Origin: a virus
Lineage: Duplodnaviria > Caudoviricetes
Strand: one strand, 5' to 3'
Virus record (IMG/VR): IMGVR_UViG_2721755344_000002
Coordinates: 50,308 to 114,307 of that record
Length of the DNA: 64,000 nt
The translations under genes were made by a program, and so were the position numbers. Position 1 is the stretch's first letter, and the number at the start of each line of letters is the position of its first letter. Positions 63,284 to 64,000 of this stretch are shown here, piece after piece. The notes under the pieces are model-generated. The model was given only the letters and a program-made list of their open reading frames with translations. It made no database searches and had not been told where the DNA came from.

Positions 63284-63517
63284 TTATTCTGCATCGGGTA
63301 GGAACTGTGATAAATCTTCTATCCCCGATTGAAACCAAGATAATCCCTTGTCAATATTTTGAATACCAGTATCACAACTGTCAACGATGTCTTCTCGAAA
63401 CATTGATAACTCAGAATAAATTTTCCTCAACTTATCCCGTTCAGCTACGATTATTTTTTTGCTTCCTTCAATCCTCTTCATTAGTAATAAAATTTCTTTA
63501 TTTTTCATCTTTTTCAT
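63284..63517 (-). CDS. coiled-coil hypothetical protein
   Basis: GAGAGG RBS. Confidence 0.6.
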   Translation of the reverse strand: MKKMKNKEILLLMKRIEGSKKIIVAERDKLRKIYSELSMFREDIVDSCDTGIQNIDKGLSWFQSGIEDLSQFLPDAE

Positions 63518-63539
63518 CTTTACCTCTCCATCGAATCTT

Positions 63540-63962
63540 TTATTCTTGAGTTTGAGGAAAAATATTCCTTTTCCAAGCCCTCACTTTAGAAAAGGGGGTT
63601 TTGGTAAATTCATTCTTTGCAATTCTGATAATGGAGTCGGAAGAAAAATCAAACTTCCTAAACTTCTTAATACCCCCTAAACTTTCCTCTGGAACAGATT
63701 TCTTCAACCCGTCCACAATAGCATAAAAATGATGCTTTTTGATAGTTCCATCTACTCTAAAACCTGAAACACAATCGTTGGGGTCCATACGAAGAGACAT
63801 ACTTATTTCAGTTCCGTCCATTGTTTTGAAATTAAAAGTCATATTACCATAATTAACATTCGCCGTAACATTGGCGGAGATTGCTTTTCCAAGTTCTTTT
63901 GCCTGATCGAGACGTTTGTTAGCCGCTTCTTCTCTCTTCAACTCCGCTCTCATTTCTACCAC
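63540..63962 (-). CDS. hypothetical protein
   Basis: ORF near window end. Confidence 0.6.
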   Translation of the reverse strand: MVEMRAELKREEAANKRLDQAKELGKAISANVTANVNYGNMTFNFKTMDGTEISMSLRMDPNDCVSGFRVDGTIKKHHFYAIVDGLKKSVPEESLGGIKKFRKFDFSSDSIIRIAKNEFTKTPFSKVRAWKRNIFPQTQE

Positions 63963-64000
63963 TAGTTCCTCTTTAATGCTCTTATAGAGAAAATCAACAA

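Noticed and set aside
148-63549. All plus-strand ORFs in the track
   Set aside because: They are antisense shadows of minus-strand genes, F/S/L/I-rich with no RBS or recognisable motifs.
1-64000. Alternative genetic code, reverse transcriptase/DGR, integrase, CRISPR-Cas
   Set aside because: Long conserved genes are intact under code 11 with TAA, TAG and TGA all used as stops. No RT, recombinase or cas motifs were seen.

Overview
This is a 64-kb segment of a large, AT-rich tailed bacteriophage genome. Essentially all genes (~125) lie on the minus strand with strong AGGAGG ribosome-binding sites. The left ~39 kb is a dense array of small accessory genes, many of them Cys/zinc-ribbon microproteins or secreted proteins. 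Interspersed are an intein-containing terminase large subunit, two DNA methyltransferases, an archaeal/thermophile-type 8-oxoguanine glycosylase, an MltB-type transglycosylase, a Thg1-like 3'-5' polymerase, a Pol-beta-type nucleotidyltransferase, an OmpA-domain protein and dCMP deaminase. The right ~25 kb is a replication/recombination block: compact class II ribonucleotide reductase, HNH nuclease, two sigma-like factors, SLT, SbcC/SbcD (gp46/47), RecA/UvsX, UvsY-like, gp32-like SSB, UDG-fused family A DNA polymerase, beta-clamp, 5'-3' exonuclease and RNA ligase. There are two canonical tRNAs (Thr-TGT, Pro-TGG). The secreted-protein families suggest a Gram-negative, possibly deltaproteobacterial (Desulfobacterota) host; this is inference. 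The most interesting unexplained signals are: (1) a short basic/hydrophobic peptide tag, roughly [KR]-R-[MLRK]-[IF]-R-[LI], at the termini of ~17 unrelated proteins including the DNA polymerase; (2) a ~230-nt multibranched ncRNA directly downstream of a DIP1984-like coiled-coil gene; (3) two tRNA-shaped RNAs with non-canonical cores; (4) a second, non-sigma70 promoter class in front of apparently leaderless genes. All family calls come from motif recognition, not database searches.
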